The translations under genes and the position numbers were made by a program. From Oopsacas minuta (lineage: Eukaryota > Animalia > Porifera), in contig JAKMXF010000295.1 of NCBI GenBank assembly GCA_024704765.1, forward strand, positions 186,001 through 250,000: a DNA stretch of 64,000 nt, written 5' to 3'. Below the pieces are notes generated by a model. The model saw nothing but the letters and a program-made list of their open reading frames with translations, made no database searches and was not told the DNA's origin. Below, in pieces: positions 13,972-28,369 of this stretch (its first letter is position 1; each line of letters begins with the position of its first letter).

Positions 13972-14020
13972 ACAGGATTTCTGTGAGAATTCCAATTATT
14001 TTTCTCATAGGCATTCCTAT

Positions 14021-17000
14021 CAGTGGCGGAACTAGGACTTTTATTTCCCGGGCACAACGCAACATCCAACAACCCATAAATTGACCATAAATCAAAGCAA
14101 ATGTTTTTAGTAAATACATGTTCTAGTCTATATTCAACTCAAGCGGAGTATAATAAATTATTCTTGTTATCATATTTTTAGTAAATATTGTCGATAACCA
14201 ATACAAAGCTCTTATGGTCATACTTATGTAATCCTACGGTTGATGTTACTTGAACAGAACTTCTGAACTACTTCATCTAAATCTAGATTGTTTGAGATTG
14301 TATTCTCGATGCTCAAAATACAGAGGTCTGTGAGCCGCTGGCGACCCATTGTTGTCGTTAAATAGTTTTTCACACGGTTAAGTGTAGAAAGAGATCTCTC
14401 AGAATGTGCACTGCTAACACCAATGGTTATTGCGATTCGTATGGCCTTTACTAAGTTGGAAAGGCAGTTTCTAGAGGTAAAAGCTTCAGTAACAAACTAT
14501 TGATACTTTCTAATTTGAATGCTATCATTGCACGCTTTGCGAGTTTTGATTCGAGATTCAAATGGTGGGAATCAATGTTATAAGCCTGAGCAAATTCATC
14601 GATTTCTGCTGCTTCTAGAAAGTTTCCTGAATTTGGGTTGAAGGCTTGAGTTGCTTTCATAAGGACTCTACTATTTGAATTAAATCGATGGTTTAATTCT
14701 GCTAACAGTCTATCAATGACTGGTAGATATAGATTGTTCCTGTATTGTTCTTCCGTAGAAAGGATGGATCGATTACCTACTGGGGATGAAATGTCACAAT
14801 TTTCCAAAGAACCAGGTAGTTTTCTTTGTCTAGGTTGCGAAGGAAAACAGAAATCAATGGCATTTAAGTTTGCAACATCCCGAGCATAAGAAATAATTCT
14901 CTCCCACTCTTCAATAAAGCGTAATTTTTCTAAAATCAAAGTTGTGTCAGAGACTAAATCAACAGCTGTGGAGGAATCTATATGACTACTCTGGAGACAT
15001 TCAGACAATACATTCGTATTGGAAAAAATCTTATCAAATATAATAAGAGTAAGCAAAAATTTAAAGGTTTTTATCTGTAAAAGAAGTCCATTAGCTTCAA
15101 TTGCTTTTGAACGATCATTTCCATGCCAAAATTCTTCAAGAGTAGCTATTAGTGAATCAAAAGTATAACATATTGAGTTCAATGAACGGTAGCGACAAGA
15201 CCATCGCGTATCAGGCAACTTTGCCAAATTACGAGTTTGTTCCCAGGATGAAGTAATTGTTGTTTATTCAGATAAATTGGGTGTGCTTTAGATGTTGAAA
15301 CGAATATGTACAGAGCTTCTATTAAACTGAAAAAATCCCAAGCATGTTATACACTCTTAATACAATCAACTAAGGCTAAATTCAGTGAATGTGCGTAGCA
15401 GTGAACATATATAGCCTTTGGTGCAAACTCTTTGATGCGTGCTTGGACCCCCTTGCACCTCCCGCTCATGACAGAAGCACCGTCGTAGGCTTGAAAAACC
15501 ATATTTAACGGATTCAGTGCGTTTTCTTTCAACGTGGTTAAGATATGATGAGATAAACTTTCTGCATTTTGCGATGAAATTTCAACGTAGGTTAAGAATC
15601 TTTCGTTTATGATAGAATTAGCATTAACATATCTAACACAAATAGAGAGCTGTTCTTTTTTGCTCGCATCTTTGGATTCATCAGCTATCAAAAAATATAA
15701 CTCAGCAACGTGGATGTCAGTACATATAATATCTCGAACCATATTGCCCATAACATTCAGGATTTCATTTTGTATTTCTGCCTGATAAATATTTGGTATT
15801 TTTCTGGCCCATTTCCATTCTCTTTTTAACTAGAGTATCATGATTAGCAACAACATCGAGGATTTCAAGAAAATTTCCTCTGTTATTAGACTCAATTGAT
15901 TCATCATGACCCCGAAGAGAAATCTCGGTTCGACTACATAATAAGAGAACTTCAGCAACTGTTTTCAAATAATGTTTATCAAGGTTGATTCGTTCTCTTC
16001 TACTAGTTTCAAGACGATGATCAACTGATGTTCCAAAATGTTCATTTATTTTCCAATCCACCTAGGATTGCATAACATCAATATGAGATTTAGCAGCAGC
16101 GTGACAAGAAATAATTCCATCCTTTCCTACTGCATGTTTTCAATCATTAAAACCAAGTTTTGTAAAAGAATGTTTAGAATATGTTCTGTTCCTTGAAAAA
16201 TGACGGCAAGGAAACAATATACCGAATCTTTCGTAATAGAGTATTCTAGCCATTCATAAATGAGGAACCAGTCAGGATTAAACGAACTTTTTTTCCTCCA
16301 ATAGAAGTCGATGGGAATATAGTTAGGAATCTATCGGGCTAGGTAGGTTTTTCCTGCGGACCTTTATAAATATCACTAGGAATACGGATATCACTGACGC
16401 TGGATATGGGAGTAACTGTATTTCCATCCCAGAGGAAGTGTGATATGTACAAGATGATCTGAAGAGTGTACAGCAATATTCTCATTTGTGTCTCCTAAAA
16501 GAGCCAAATTAGCACCTTCAATTCCAGCTGTTTCCTGGAAACTAGTAAGAGAATAAGATTGAGTTGCATCAGTAAGATTAAATTGCGAAGAAATTGAATC
16601 ATGAGAATAATTATTAGGCACAAGACATTGCCGTTTCGCTTGAAAATCAACGAGAGTTAATTGTAACCAAGATTTTGGATTAGACATTGTACTAAATTGT
16701 GAAAAAGAAGTTAAAAGAAAACATGAGCATTAAATAATTAAAGAAAATACTTATCGTGTTGTAATCACCATTGCGATGATAAATATCAATAGCTATTGTT
16801 AGAAGGCCAATTTACCTCGAGAAGCTAGAACACTAAATTGCATTCTAAGTACGTGTATTCAAAATTACATCTTCCTAGATTATAATACTATATGGGTTGA
16901 TAAAAATTTAACTAACGCATTGCGTATAATGACGCTCAACATTAACATAATATGGTCTGATGTTAGTTAAAAATATCGAATTAAGAATAATCTAGTATAA

Positions 17001-17126
17001 TAATTACACCTATATCAGATCTCAGCAACTCAAGGATAATTTTCATTTACCTGGGCCTGTACCTGGGCATAATCCTCATTTACCCGGGTACAGGCCCGGG
17101 TAGCCCCGTATGTAGTTCCGCCTCTG
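14021..17126 (-). mobile_element. Full-length hAT transposon (ZMYM1-like/DUF4371-type transposase, pseudogene)
   Basis: TIRs CAGTGGCGGAACTA / TAGTTCCGCCTCTG. 8-bp TSD ATTCCTAT / ATTCCCAT (1 mismatch). ORFs contain LRGHDES..NRGNFLE, IADESKDASKKEQLSICVRYV, YDGASVMSG, CYAHSLNL and TRWS. CCCGGG-rich subterminal repeats at about 17050-17105. Confidence 0.95.
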
Positions 17127-17159
17127 ATTCCCATATAACAATTCCCATTCCATTGGCAA

Positions 17160-17700
17160 CTTTTTTGACTTTGTACATTTCACAATATCCCTGAGGTGAA
17201 TTGGTTCAATTTCATGCTGATTATTCTCAATAATACAAATCTCATGGAACTCTTTAAGAATGGAGGGAGCTGAATTGGATTTCGCTCCATTTCAGGATAT
17301 TTAGCGGGAGGTATGCTCCTTTTTTTGTGAATCCATGATGTGATCTAGTAACGACTTTGCAATTTTCTAATGAGCGCAACCTGAACAGACAATTGGGGAA
17401 GTTAGATGGCCGAATCAGTATATTGGGTGGACTATTTGTATTGTTGAATTATGATATTTTAATGACTCCGTAGTAAGCATCTTGGAAAGATATATCCAGA
17501 AAAACCAATGAAATGTCGTATTCTATTCTTGCTTATTAGAAATCCTGTAGATCCATATTTATTGAGCCAACTTGGGTAACGTGATCACAAGGTCAGAAAC
17601 AGAACCATACAATAGTCTTAATTGACTCCGCTTAATGGGATCCAAATGGTTTATTCCAAATGTGATAATATTAAGCGGAGTCAGTTGTGTGCACCTTATC
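17160..17700 (-). mobile_element. LINE (CR1/L2-like) endonuclease remnant, copy 1
   Basis: About 500 bp similar to 43820-44340. Minus-strand motif resembles the APE endonuclease QLV..PTH..GN.LDL. A further short piece lies at about 18180-18270. Confidence 0.5.
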
Positions 17701-18388
17701 TAAATATTTCAAATTCCAATACCAAAATTTATAATTTAGTTTTTACTAAGAGGGTTGATATATTCAGGTACACTTCATTGATCATTTGATTTTAATCAGC
17801 TATATAAAGTGATTGTGGTATTATTTGACCCTAGTAGTTTACTGGTAGTCAAGTAAATATGGCTAAACATTTGCTGCTATCAGTGACAATTTTGTCTCGC
17901 TCCTCATCTATCTTCTTCTATTAATTCACACTAGCAAGAATTGGATCAGTATTGGTCAGCGAATGTCTATCTCGTTAGCCTCAACCACGAAGTTTGCAAG
18001 ACTACATTTTAAGAGAACATCTCCAATGTTTCAATTAGATAAAGACAAGCACCTTTATAAATAATATTTTTATGCAAATTTTTTACTCCTCGATCTTTGC
18101 AAAATATGTTTTATTGAGAATATTCACTTTGCATTTCTGCACCTAGTTAATAATATGTTGATATTGATTTGAGGTTAAACATCTGGCATTTTCATTAAGT
18201 TATATTGTCCCAATTCGGTGTTGATTTCTCTAATACAATAAATTATTCTTCTAGAAGGATGAAGATTGAAGAGCACTTACTGCTCTGTTTGTATATTAAT
18301 TCCATAGCTGATTAATAATCAATTCCTAAATGAAGTGTACCTGAATATATTAAACCCTCTTGGTACACACTAAATTTGTTGCTGTATA

Positions 18389-19734
18389 CAGGGTGTAACA
18401 AATGTATTGTCGTTTTCTAAACTGAATATAACTAATCTCAAAATAGCACAAATATTACCGTTTTATTTCTCTATATAGTCTCCTTGCCTTTCTAAAACTT
18501 GTGTAACTCGCCTGGGCATACTAGATACAATGTTTTGCAAAACATCACCCGATATATTACTCCATGCCTTTTTCAAATTTTTTATTAGTCCGTTAACGAT
18601 AGTTGCTTGCTCCGGCTCATCTACCTTATCTTTCATGATAGCCCACAAATTCTCGATTGGATTGAGGTCGGGCGAGTTTCAGGGCCACTCAGCTTTATGC
18701 CAAAACGCAGGAAGATTATGTTCACACCATTTCTGTGTCAGTTTAGCCGTGTGAGCAGGTGCCCCGTCTTTCATGAAAATAATCCCAAGCATCTCTGAGG
18801 TTATAGACCGCTCTAAAACTGACCCATTTTTGGCTCTCCTGTGAATGGCATCTTTGCATGTTCCAGCTAAATCTTTGTACGGTAGTAATCTCCATTTACA
18901 GTTTCTCCTTGAGGTATAATATGCAGCTCAGATAGGGCTTGGTGGGACATCATGCCGCACACCTGGATTTTGACTAGAAATTTTACCTTCATACAAGGTT
19001 GGATTGAAGCCGCATCCTAGCTCCAAACACGGTCATTCTGTCTGTTTGGTATTTGAAATAATTGAAAGGGAGATTCATCAGACCATAAAACTCTATTCCA
19101 ATCACCAACTGTCCAATCCTTATGAGTTACCACAAATTTCATCCGATTTTCCTTCATTTTTATGGTCAAACGAGGCTTTCTCGGTCCTTTATAAGGTTTC
19201 ACTCCCAAAGACTTACTTAAATACCGATGGACAGACATGTGGGAAACATTACAACCACCCCTCGTTAACCTCAAAGCGAGCTTACGCGTTGATTGCCTTC
19301 TCTTTCCTAAAGATTTCTTTAACACAATTTTGGCAACTCGGCTAATTTTCGGTGGACATCCAGACTTGGGCTTTTTGATTCCATCGAAAATCCAAGATTA
19401 TCACTGCGTCCCCACCTTTGAACAGATCAAATATTGACGTTGAGTCTTTGAGCAACCGTTTTAGTTCTTTCTCCAGCTTCTAGCATCCCTATTGCCTGAG
19501 ATCTTAAGGAAGATCCATAATCTTGGACATTCATCTCTTATAGAATTGAGAATTTTTTGATAATACCAAGAAAAAATCGAAAAGTTGAATACAATAAAAT
19601 TGACTGCTATATACTTTGATAATAACATGTATCAATACTCTTGACTAAAGGAATCAATGATTAAGGTTGTATAATACTATGTAATGTCAAGCAACATTAT
19701 CAGTAAATAACGACAATACATTTGTTATACCCTG
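18389..19734 (-). mobile_element. Tc1-like DD37E element, full length, pseudogene
   Basis: 26-bp TIRs CAGGGTGTAACAAATGTATTGTCGTT / AACGACAATACATTTGTTATACCCTG. TA on the left, TG on the right. WSDESPF, FMKDGAPAH and SPDLNPIENLW motifs with 37-aa spacing. Confidence 0.93.
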
Positions 19735-22700
19735 TGTGCGATAATGTAACTGTAACTGATATTATTTAGTTCGCATACTTAAAAATATTAACGCATTCTT
19801 ACTGATTCCTAAGGTAGTAGATATATCATGGTATTAGAAATCTCATACACAACAGTCCAAATGTATATGTATTCATTAGTCATAATTTGAGATGTTTTCA
19901 TTAGTGCGATTACAGAAATTTTGTTAACCAAAATCGTGCTAATATTCTTTACCAGAACTACTGATACACTTGTTCTTTCAGAATGAATTGTACGCCTACT
20001 CTTAGCACCGCCTAAGAATCTATACATAGCCTACTATACATTAATGGCCTCACAACTCCTTTAAGATTTTGGGCTAGGGATTCACGTGTCGCTATTTTTC
20101 TTTATAATGGAACCTGTATGAATCAACAACTGTACAATCCGACAGTGTTCCTGATCAGAACTATCTCCCGACAATACAAATTCACCTTTATTTATTCCTA
20201 CAATTTGCTAAACTGACAAAACTTTCATATCCAACTAGTGTTTGTATATGCAGGTTTCATTGTAGTTGCAATATTTCAGAGACGGATTTCAGTAGTTTCA
20301 GAATATATGATTTCATAAATGTAGGAAAACAAGTTATTTAGCAATAACTATATCCTAAAATTTTAAGGATTGTGGCCAAGTGTGCGTCTAGTATGCATTA
20401 ACTTAGTAAATTATATCATTCAACGATGCCCTGTCGAACTTTACGTAATGGATCTTTCATTTCAAAGTGAATATATCAAGTGATCCATAGATTTTTTACC
20501 CAAATTTCAAAGACTAATACAAAATTTCCCTCTTTCTTGAGGTACCGTAGATACATACCATGGATCGTTCGTTAAAGTTATTGTCAAATATGGATAGACA
20601 CTTTGTAGTAATAACCCACTCTCGTATTCTTGTGATACATTTTGATATGGTTTCCCTGGAGATTATTGCGTAATGTTTGAAGTCGCCATATTGATATACC
20701 GTATTTCCTATAATAGTAGCCATGGTAATTTTACTGTGCCGAATATACTTTAATATACGGCTCAGTTTTGAAATGATTGCCTCTAATAGTATTTCTACGT
20801 GAGCGATATACAGGCAGACTATAATAGATTACAGCTGAATTTTCAGGATACAAAGACAATTACTTTCGGATATGCATAAAAAGCTTTTGAAGTTAGTCTA
20901 CCTCGATCTGCCACTTTGTGCCATTTTATGTTATTTCCGTAGTGATTTAGCAAAATACTATATCATAATTGTACACATTTCGATGGAGAAAACAATTTCA
21001 ACACCTTTTCTCTTCAAAATTTTAATATATTTAATAATTTGACCATAAATGATAAAAATAATATGTCCTATTTTTAGTGCCTTGTCATCGATTATTTTCT
21101 TCTTGTTTTTATTTGCTAAATATGTATATATTAAAATAGATTATCCTAGTGCTATATATTGCGGATTCATTGAATATACATTTACAATAGCTTTAAAGTA
21201 TGAATCTGAATTCCATTATACTCCAACAAGTCACAACTTTTCAATTGGCGGTTATGTTGAATTCAATGCTTACAAGAAATAGCTCTATATTGGCTAAACC
21301 TGTTATTTATATCGTATTTAACGATCTTTTGTGATTTTTTCTCATTTTTTGTATGTGTGATTCTAGATTTCGTTAGTAAAATGACCAATTTAGCCTATAC
21401 ATAGCCCGTTCCGGTTTATATTTGCTCTAAATACTCTGTAGTTTAAAAATCTTCATAGGTTTACTTGACTAGTTGATATTTTGGGATAAATGTTATAAGA
21501 AATGTACATGCTTCAGGATATGGAATCCATATTCTCAATCTATTTTCGTCCAGCGTTCATTCATGGTACTTACTAGAGTTTAACATTATGTGCGTGCCTT
21601 TGCGAGCAAGCTGTTTTGGAGTACAATAATGAAGGAAATTCCAAGTAGAATATTTATTGTCCATATACTTCTAGCTCTATTACCACAGAGTTCATTGACG
21701 AAGGTTGGAAGTCATTTCTTTTTGATAGCATGACTTAGCAATTCTAAATCAACCAGTGGGTCAAGAATAATACATATATAATCACTTTTCGAGGGCCACA
21801 TTGCTGCTCACATTTGTCCCGCGGGCCATGATTTGCCCATCCCTGCTTTAGGCGGTTATCAATATTTATTTAAACTATTCAATATAGGTGGGTGCTCATT
21901 AGAGATCTATTTGATTCATAGACGGGTGGTGGGTCTACTTTTCAGATCTTTTGTTATGAGGTACCTGGTACTTCGGTGGTCTGACATGTTTGGACTTTAA
22001 CTAACGATACCTTGCATCTAATTCCAAATAAGTTAGTTCAGCTTCATTGAAACAATATCTAAGATACACAAGCTTTGAAACAATTTAGATCAAAATATGG
22101 AGGTTTCGGTGTATTCAGGTCAAATTCATTGTTTTGTAGTTAAACCTGACAATGATCATTTCGGATAATATTATATAGAATTTTCACACTTTATGATTAC
22201 ATTCTTCAACGCAAGAAAAGCATTTTGGTCATTAGCTTTCATTTTCTCAGCACAATTGACCACTGAAGCGCCACATTTGAAGAGCTTACTCCCTGATAGA
22301 CTAATCTTGGCTTCAATCTCGATTTGGAATGTTAGTCAGCAACTGAAAACCATATTTTCCCACATTAGGACCCACGTAGTCGATTTGGATAGCTTGTCCT
22401 GGTTTTAAGCTAATCCCAAGGATGTTAATGTGCTAAAACAGCTACCCATATGCCATTTTACAGTTTATTCAATTTCTCTTCTGAATTCCTTTCAATTCCC
22501 CGCCACCATGCTTCACTTCTTTCTTAACTCTTCATAAACTGCCTCGATGTCCTTTTGTATTAGGGCGAACTGAAAAAGTAAAGATCTCATTTTTGTACTG
22601 GACTATAATATTATTGATTGGATTATGTTAGTTAATAATTCTGTAAATTTTGGGCTCATTTGAAATACCCCCTCCTTAGTAGTTTATTCATTTTGTACCT

Positions 22701-22864
22701 GTCTTAATAGTGCTTATTCAGACTCATAAGGAAATTGACTCAAATATGATACAGGAATCCATTAGACTAATTTTGTTAATTTGAATTCACCACGAATTCA
22801 AAATACACTAAAGTACAATATATGTATAGTTTTGGAGGGACTGCTTTAATCACATATAATGTTT

Positions 22865-23102
22865 AAAGCAAATAACTGGTAAGCAAGAACTATTACAAAT
22901 GAGCTGAAATTCTCCAAGAATGTTTGCATATATTAGAACAACCATTTTATTATAGTTCCAAATGAAATTCACTTCATTTAGAAAAGTTTTATAATGCTAA
23001 ATTATGGGTGGGATGTTTTTTTGCTTTTTGCCCGACTCCAAGCAAATAAAACTTGTAAGCAAGAACTATTACAAATGAGCTGAAATTTTCCAAGAAGTTT
23101 GG
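22865..23102. repeat. Two direct copies of an about 60-bp subterminal repeat inside the hAT-like element
   Basis: GTAAGCAAGAACTATTACAAATGAGCTGAAATT(C/T)TCCAAGAA at about 22878 and about 23056. Confidence 0.8.
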
Positions 23103-25755
23103 ATTCTTCCGATTCGGGATGTAAAATAGGTTTCAACTACACTAATTTTCCGGCAAAATAAGTTATCATCTCAAAGCGGAGATGCGGAAGATGAAATCTT
23201 GGGAGCCAAATTTCCTCGCTTCGAAAGGTTCTACTGTAGTTAGAAACTCTCCAAATCATTCGTTGTATAATTTATTAAAAATCCAACTTCAAATACAATC
23301 AAACTATATTTAAGAATTGGCTTTCGGGACTTCAGAAAAATGAAACAAAAATCTTGTTTTGAATCAGTATAGGGCATAAGTCTTATTGATTTCTTCTCTG
23401 ACGGATGAATCCATCACGGTTTTCTTCACCACAAACACTCTTCGATGCCTCGGTCACAACTTTTACTGCTCGTTCAACCGGTTGGTTATGACACATATAA
23501 TTAGGTATGGAAAGAGGGGTATCGTAAATGTCTTTTAATTCGTTTTTGTCATATTCCGTATTAAGGGTGTCTCACTGATGACATAGATATCCCAGGTAAA
23601 CAATTCGGTATATAGTTGTGCTCTAAAGTGTAATTTTGGGACTTGAAAGTTCTAATATAATATGGCATTACTGATCCATTAGTGCTAATAAGTTTTCACA
23701 AATATCAACCCTTGACAAATCATCCTCACCACCCACTTCCAAACTAAGTTGATTATCTCGCAAATCCACAAAACGTTTCACAGCCTCAATTCGTATCCTA
23801 GGTTCATCATCGCATAATATAGATTGCAAAACATTTTCTGGATGTGAAAAGAAAGCATTTCTTTGAAATACTTTCTTCGCTACCTCTAGTTCAGTGGGAG
23901 TCAAGTATATAGGGTGATTAAGCATCCACAAAAAATTATTAGGTCCTTTTGTAAATTTATTATGACTTTTAATATAAAACCAGGATGGTGCATATAAATT
24001 AATCACTATAATCGTAAGTTGTTACAACTCGTAAAATGGTTTTATTGTTGACATGTACACATGGGCAATTCTACATGCGAGGGTAAGCCATCTGGAATGA
24101 CAAATTGGACCTGGTTCGAGTAGCTCTAGATCCTCTGTGCAATTACCTCGCAAACATGCTTGGCAAATCCTATAGAGATAACTCTGATCAGTGCTAAGAT
24201 CGTCTATCAGTTCTTCTGTCATCTCAGGAAACTCATTATAAATTATTGGCTCAAACTCTACTACAGGAATCTTAGAGAGTTTGTTTTTCAGTGATTTGCT
24301 GATTGGGCCACTTAATGAATTCGGCCCGCTGGTTTTCCCGTCAAAATATTCAAACAAGTGCCTCAGGGGCAGTTCATTAGTATGGAGCAGGCTAACTGCC
24401 CATTGTAATTCTCTACCAAACATTCTTTCCAAGTTAACAATAGACCCATTCTTCCAACGTACATTTACATTCCTACCATCACAACCTACTAATAGAATTT
24501 GTCTTTTTAGTCCATTTTTGGAGATGGGCATATATTGATGAAGAGATATTGATTCCGTGACCAGATTCAGGAGTTGTATGGAAAAGATACCTACTATTTT
24601 GATCAATCACAAGAATATGTTCCTCAAGTGCGACATTTACCATTGATGGTTATATTTGAAAGTTTTATCGTGCCTTCCATCAAAATTTATACCTGTAACA
24701 TCAATTACTTCTACCATTTCTTTGTGTTGTATTTGATTTCTATACTTTTGGCGTGCTCTTGCTACCTTATTATTGTCTGTCACAAGACTTTGATCTTGTG
24801 GTGTTATAAGTCCGAAATCTATTAGAGTGGCTGTAGCTCGATTAGAAACTCCATATCGATCGGTAGCCATGGCTATATTTGGGATTGTCTGTGTATTCGA
24901 AGTGATGATGATTTGACAAAGATTTAGAATTCGTATCAACATGTTCAACATCGTTCTGAGTATCCGTTTCTTCTATATCCTCAATTTGGAAATAGTTGTA
25001 CTACTCGGCTTCAACTTTCTCTTTCTTTATTTTCAATTCAATTCTTTCTTTGAGGGAAATTTTCTTTGCTCTATTTTCGGCAATATCGTTGAGGTGTGGA
25101 TATCAATACCGCTATGTACATCTTCCTGTCGGTTCTCTGGTCAAAGAGAAATGATAACTCTCGTTTAGGCACTTTGTGAACACACCCACAAAGGAGATGA
25201 ATCTCGCCACAAGGTAAGTTATAACACTTAACATCATCGAAATTGATACGTTTACATTTGCATGAGTAAATATCAAGAAGGAAATCTAAACGGTCGGATA
25301 CAAATTCTTCATAATTCTTATGAGTTTTTCTTCGTTCCTCAGGAATACAACGAATAATGTTAGTTGCTTTAGAGTAGAGAGCCTTCATAGCTTTAACGAC
25401 ACCCTTTTTAGATATAGTGGGTAGAGATGCATGTTTCCAAATGCCATATCGGGTAATATTTTCCTCGTCCTTCCAATCCCATCCACCTAACTGATCTGCG
25501 ACCCCACTAACTTCTCTATGATATATGGAATAGAAGCAAATCTACCGTTGGGATTAATCCGTGATCTTCTTGATCTTGTTTACACTTAAAAATAAATTTA
25601 CATATATCTCTTCCTGTTGGAGTCTGATTAACAGGAAATTCCGCTAGAGTTCCAAAATTGGATGTGTTTGTATTAACCGTGTCCTTTTTGGTGCATATGC
25701 CATATAAATTATGAAGATATAGAACTAAATTAGAGCAAAAAATAAAGCTATAATA

Positions 25756-27072
25756 CTACGAGGTTCAATAAGTAATCGTTATCACATTGTAATTCTAAAT
25801 TTTTCTAGCATAATTGCGTAGTCAGTGATGGAGTTTTCAAAGTACTCCCCTTCCTGCTGTAAAACCAATTTCAGCCTTTTTATCCAATCGAAAAATACTT
25901 TTTGTAGTCTTCGGTAGGCACACCTTTCATATACTGGAAAATCGCCGATCCTATCTGAGCTCGACTCTCGAATTTCTTGCCTGATAGATGTTTCTTTAGC
26001 TTTGGAGGGAGTTAGATCTGGCGAGTAGGGAGGGTGATCTGGCCTCACCATCTTCATAGCTTCTAACTTTTCTCTAACCAGCTTTGTCTTGTGCGGTCGG
26101 GCGTTATCATGCAGTATTCGCAATCCACGAGTTCCAGTCCTTGGACGTCGATTTTGGTAGAATTTTTCAACCTCTGGTAGACACTCATTGGTATAGAAGG
26201 AGCCTGGTATTGTTTGGTATTTGGGGACACAAATCTGGCACACTGGACCATTAGAATAAAAAATATACAGTAAGTAACCTTCGGGTCCCGAAAGTCATGT
26301 CGAGGGATCATTGGTGGGTCCTGTCCTTTTGCCACCCATACTTTCTTTGCTTCTTATGATAAAGGCTCAGAATAACGTACCCAAGTTTCGTTACCTGTTA
26401 CTATCTCAAATAACCTTCTGGAGTCAGCTCGATCAAACTCAGAGAACAATTTAGTAGCGCATTGGACCCTCTTTGCTTTCTGGACCTGAGTTAGTAAATG
26501 CGGCACCCATCGAGCACATATCTTTCTGAATTTCATATTATCATGTACAATAGCTTGAGCAGTTCCTGTTGAGATCCCAACCGCATCAGCTATCTCCTAC
26601 AAGCGTGATATGAGGGTCTTCTTCAAGTAACGCGGATACCTCAAGGATATGTTGTCACTGCCGCTGGAACTGGTCTCCCTATTCTTGCCCCATCTTCAAT
26701 GGAAACTCTACCTTCACGAAAGCGTCTAGCACAATCAACAACAGTGGAATATGGAAGTGCTATATCGTTATAGACTTCCTCTAAATCTTTGTGGACATCT
26801 GTTGGTGAAACTTTGAGCAGTGTTCTGATCTTCACATATGCTCTCTGCTCAATTTTGAAATCTGTACTTTTTGAAGCCATTAAAAATGTTACTATAATAA
26901 ACTGTCAAAATGTAAATAGGTGCAATATTAGAGCGAGACATCAGAATCAACAAAGTTTTGCATTATTGAATTCACAATGGATGGATTGTTATTAGAAAAT
27001 TCAGTTTGATCTGGGCCAAAATATTCTGACTTACAAAATTTGGAATAACGACTACTTATTGAAGGCCCGTAC
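25756..27072 (-). mobile_element. Mariner (DD34D), decayed copy of the family at 56611-57949, nested in the hAT-like element
   Basis: Same N-terminus MASKSTDFKIEQRAYVKIRTLLK. Degenerate versions of the same TIRs, flanked by TA. Several frameshifts and small deletions. Confidence 0.95.
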
Positions 27073-28369
27073 TATAAAGCAATATCAATCTGATAAGTAG
27101 TAAATTTTGTAATGTAATCACAAGTATAGTTCATTACAAAGTGTATATCAAGTCTCATAAATATAATTGGGATTCCTGTATCATATTTGAGTCAATTTCC
27201 TTATGAGTATGAGTAAGCACTATTAAGACAGGTACAAAATAAATAAACTGCTAACAAAGGGTTATTTCAAATGAGCTCAAAATTTGCAGAATTATTAACT
27301 AACATAATCCTAACAATAATATTATAGTTCCAGTATAGAAATGAGATCTCTACATTTTTCAGTTCGCCCTATTTGTATGTAATCCCTGTAATGGCTGTAT
27401 ATTCCTAGAATTGCAGTAACTACCTGAATCCTCAGAGTATGCATCCTTCTTCCATTGTGAGTTGCTGCTGTCTGTGATAAACTGTTTATGTTTGTGGTCA
27501 GTTACCTGTGGTTCACTTATGTTTTCATATGTTTCATTGCAGGAAGTCCTTAGACCCTTTACGTAAATTGCCAAAGGTGGTCGCGAATGAAAATGGTTGA
27601 GAACCACTGGTTTAGGTTTTATATCATTGATCGGTCCCCAACTTTGCATACCCCAATTCTTTAATTGTGGAAGCAGCGGTCACATTGAGTCCAAACTCTG
27701 ATCTTCATGAGGCTTGATCCCTGACTGTGTAGGTATTCCGACACAAACACAATTCTTCATGAACAAGACTTTGTGAGTGTTTCTAGGGGAGTGATATATT
27801 CACTTTTCAAGACAGGCTTGTTCAAATACCTTTTCTTCAACTCATAGAAGAGGAGACCAATGACATCCCATCACGAATCCCCTTCATATATTTGGTTTTA
27901 ATAAATTTTGATGGCTAATACAGCTGAATATTCTTACCCCCCCCCCATGTACTCAGAAGGAGACGACATCGTTTGTGTGAAAAGACCCAAAACTTTCAGC
28001 ATTGGAGTACTCCTCTTGAAGGACATCTTCTGATTGCAAATAACACTCAAGTGTAGACAGGGTTGCCCAAGTGTTGCTAATGCACCACGTGTGCTCAGGT
28101 AGTCTTACAAGGATGGCAAAGTCACTGGATATAGAACTCCGAAATCTAGAATGACCCTTATCTTCATTTCATTGATCTCAACCTGACCGCCCACCACTCT
28201 TATAATTATACATCAAGATTTGCTTCATGTTTATCTATAATTTCTCCGTCGCCTGTCCCTTGTACATCCTCGAATGTTCTGTTTGATTGGATTTCTTGAT
28301 CATTTTAGGCTCTCCATTCCAGAAGCTTCCAGTTGATTTCTAGTTCTCTGCACAGTAATTGCATTTATA

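Larger units (their letters stand above)
22561..27371 (-). mobile_element. Long-TIR hAT-like (hATm-type) transposon with pseudogenised transposase (about 23340-25560)
   Basis: About 200-bp TIRs (22561-22760 / 27170-27371) starting TAGGGCGAACTGAAAA. Flanked by TTTGTAT on both sides. Motifs FDGRHDKT, VGCDG.NVN, LLHTNELPLRHL, LSTDQSYL, HSRWLT, QRNAFFSHPEN and CHNQPVERAVKVVTEAS. The hATm label is from my recollection of these motifs. Confidence 0.85.

Noticed and set aside
20514-20723. 69-aa ORF within the par-6 intron as a nested gene
   Set aside because: Short, with no recognisable domain or supporting exons.
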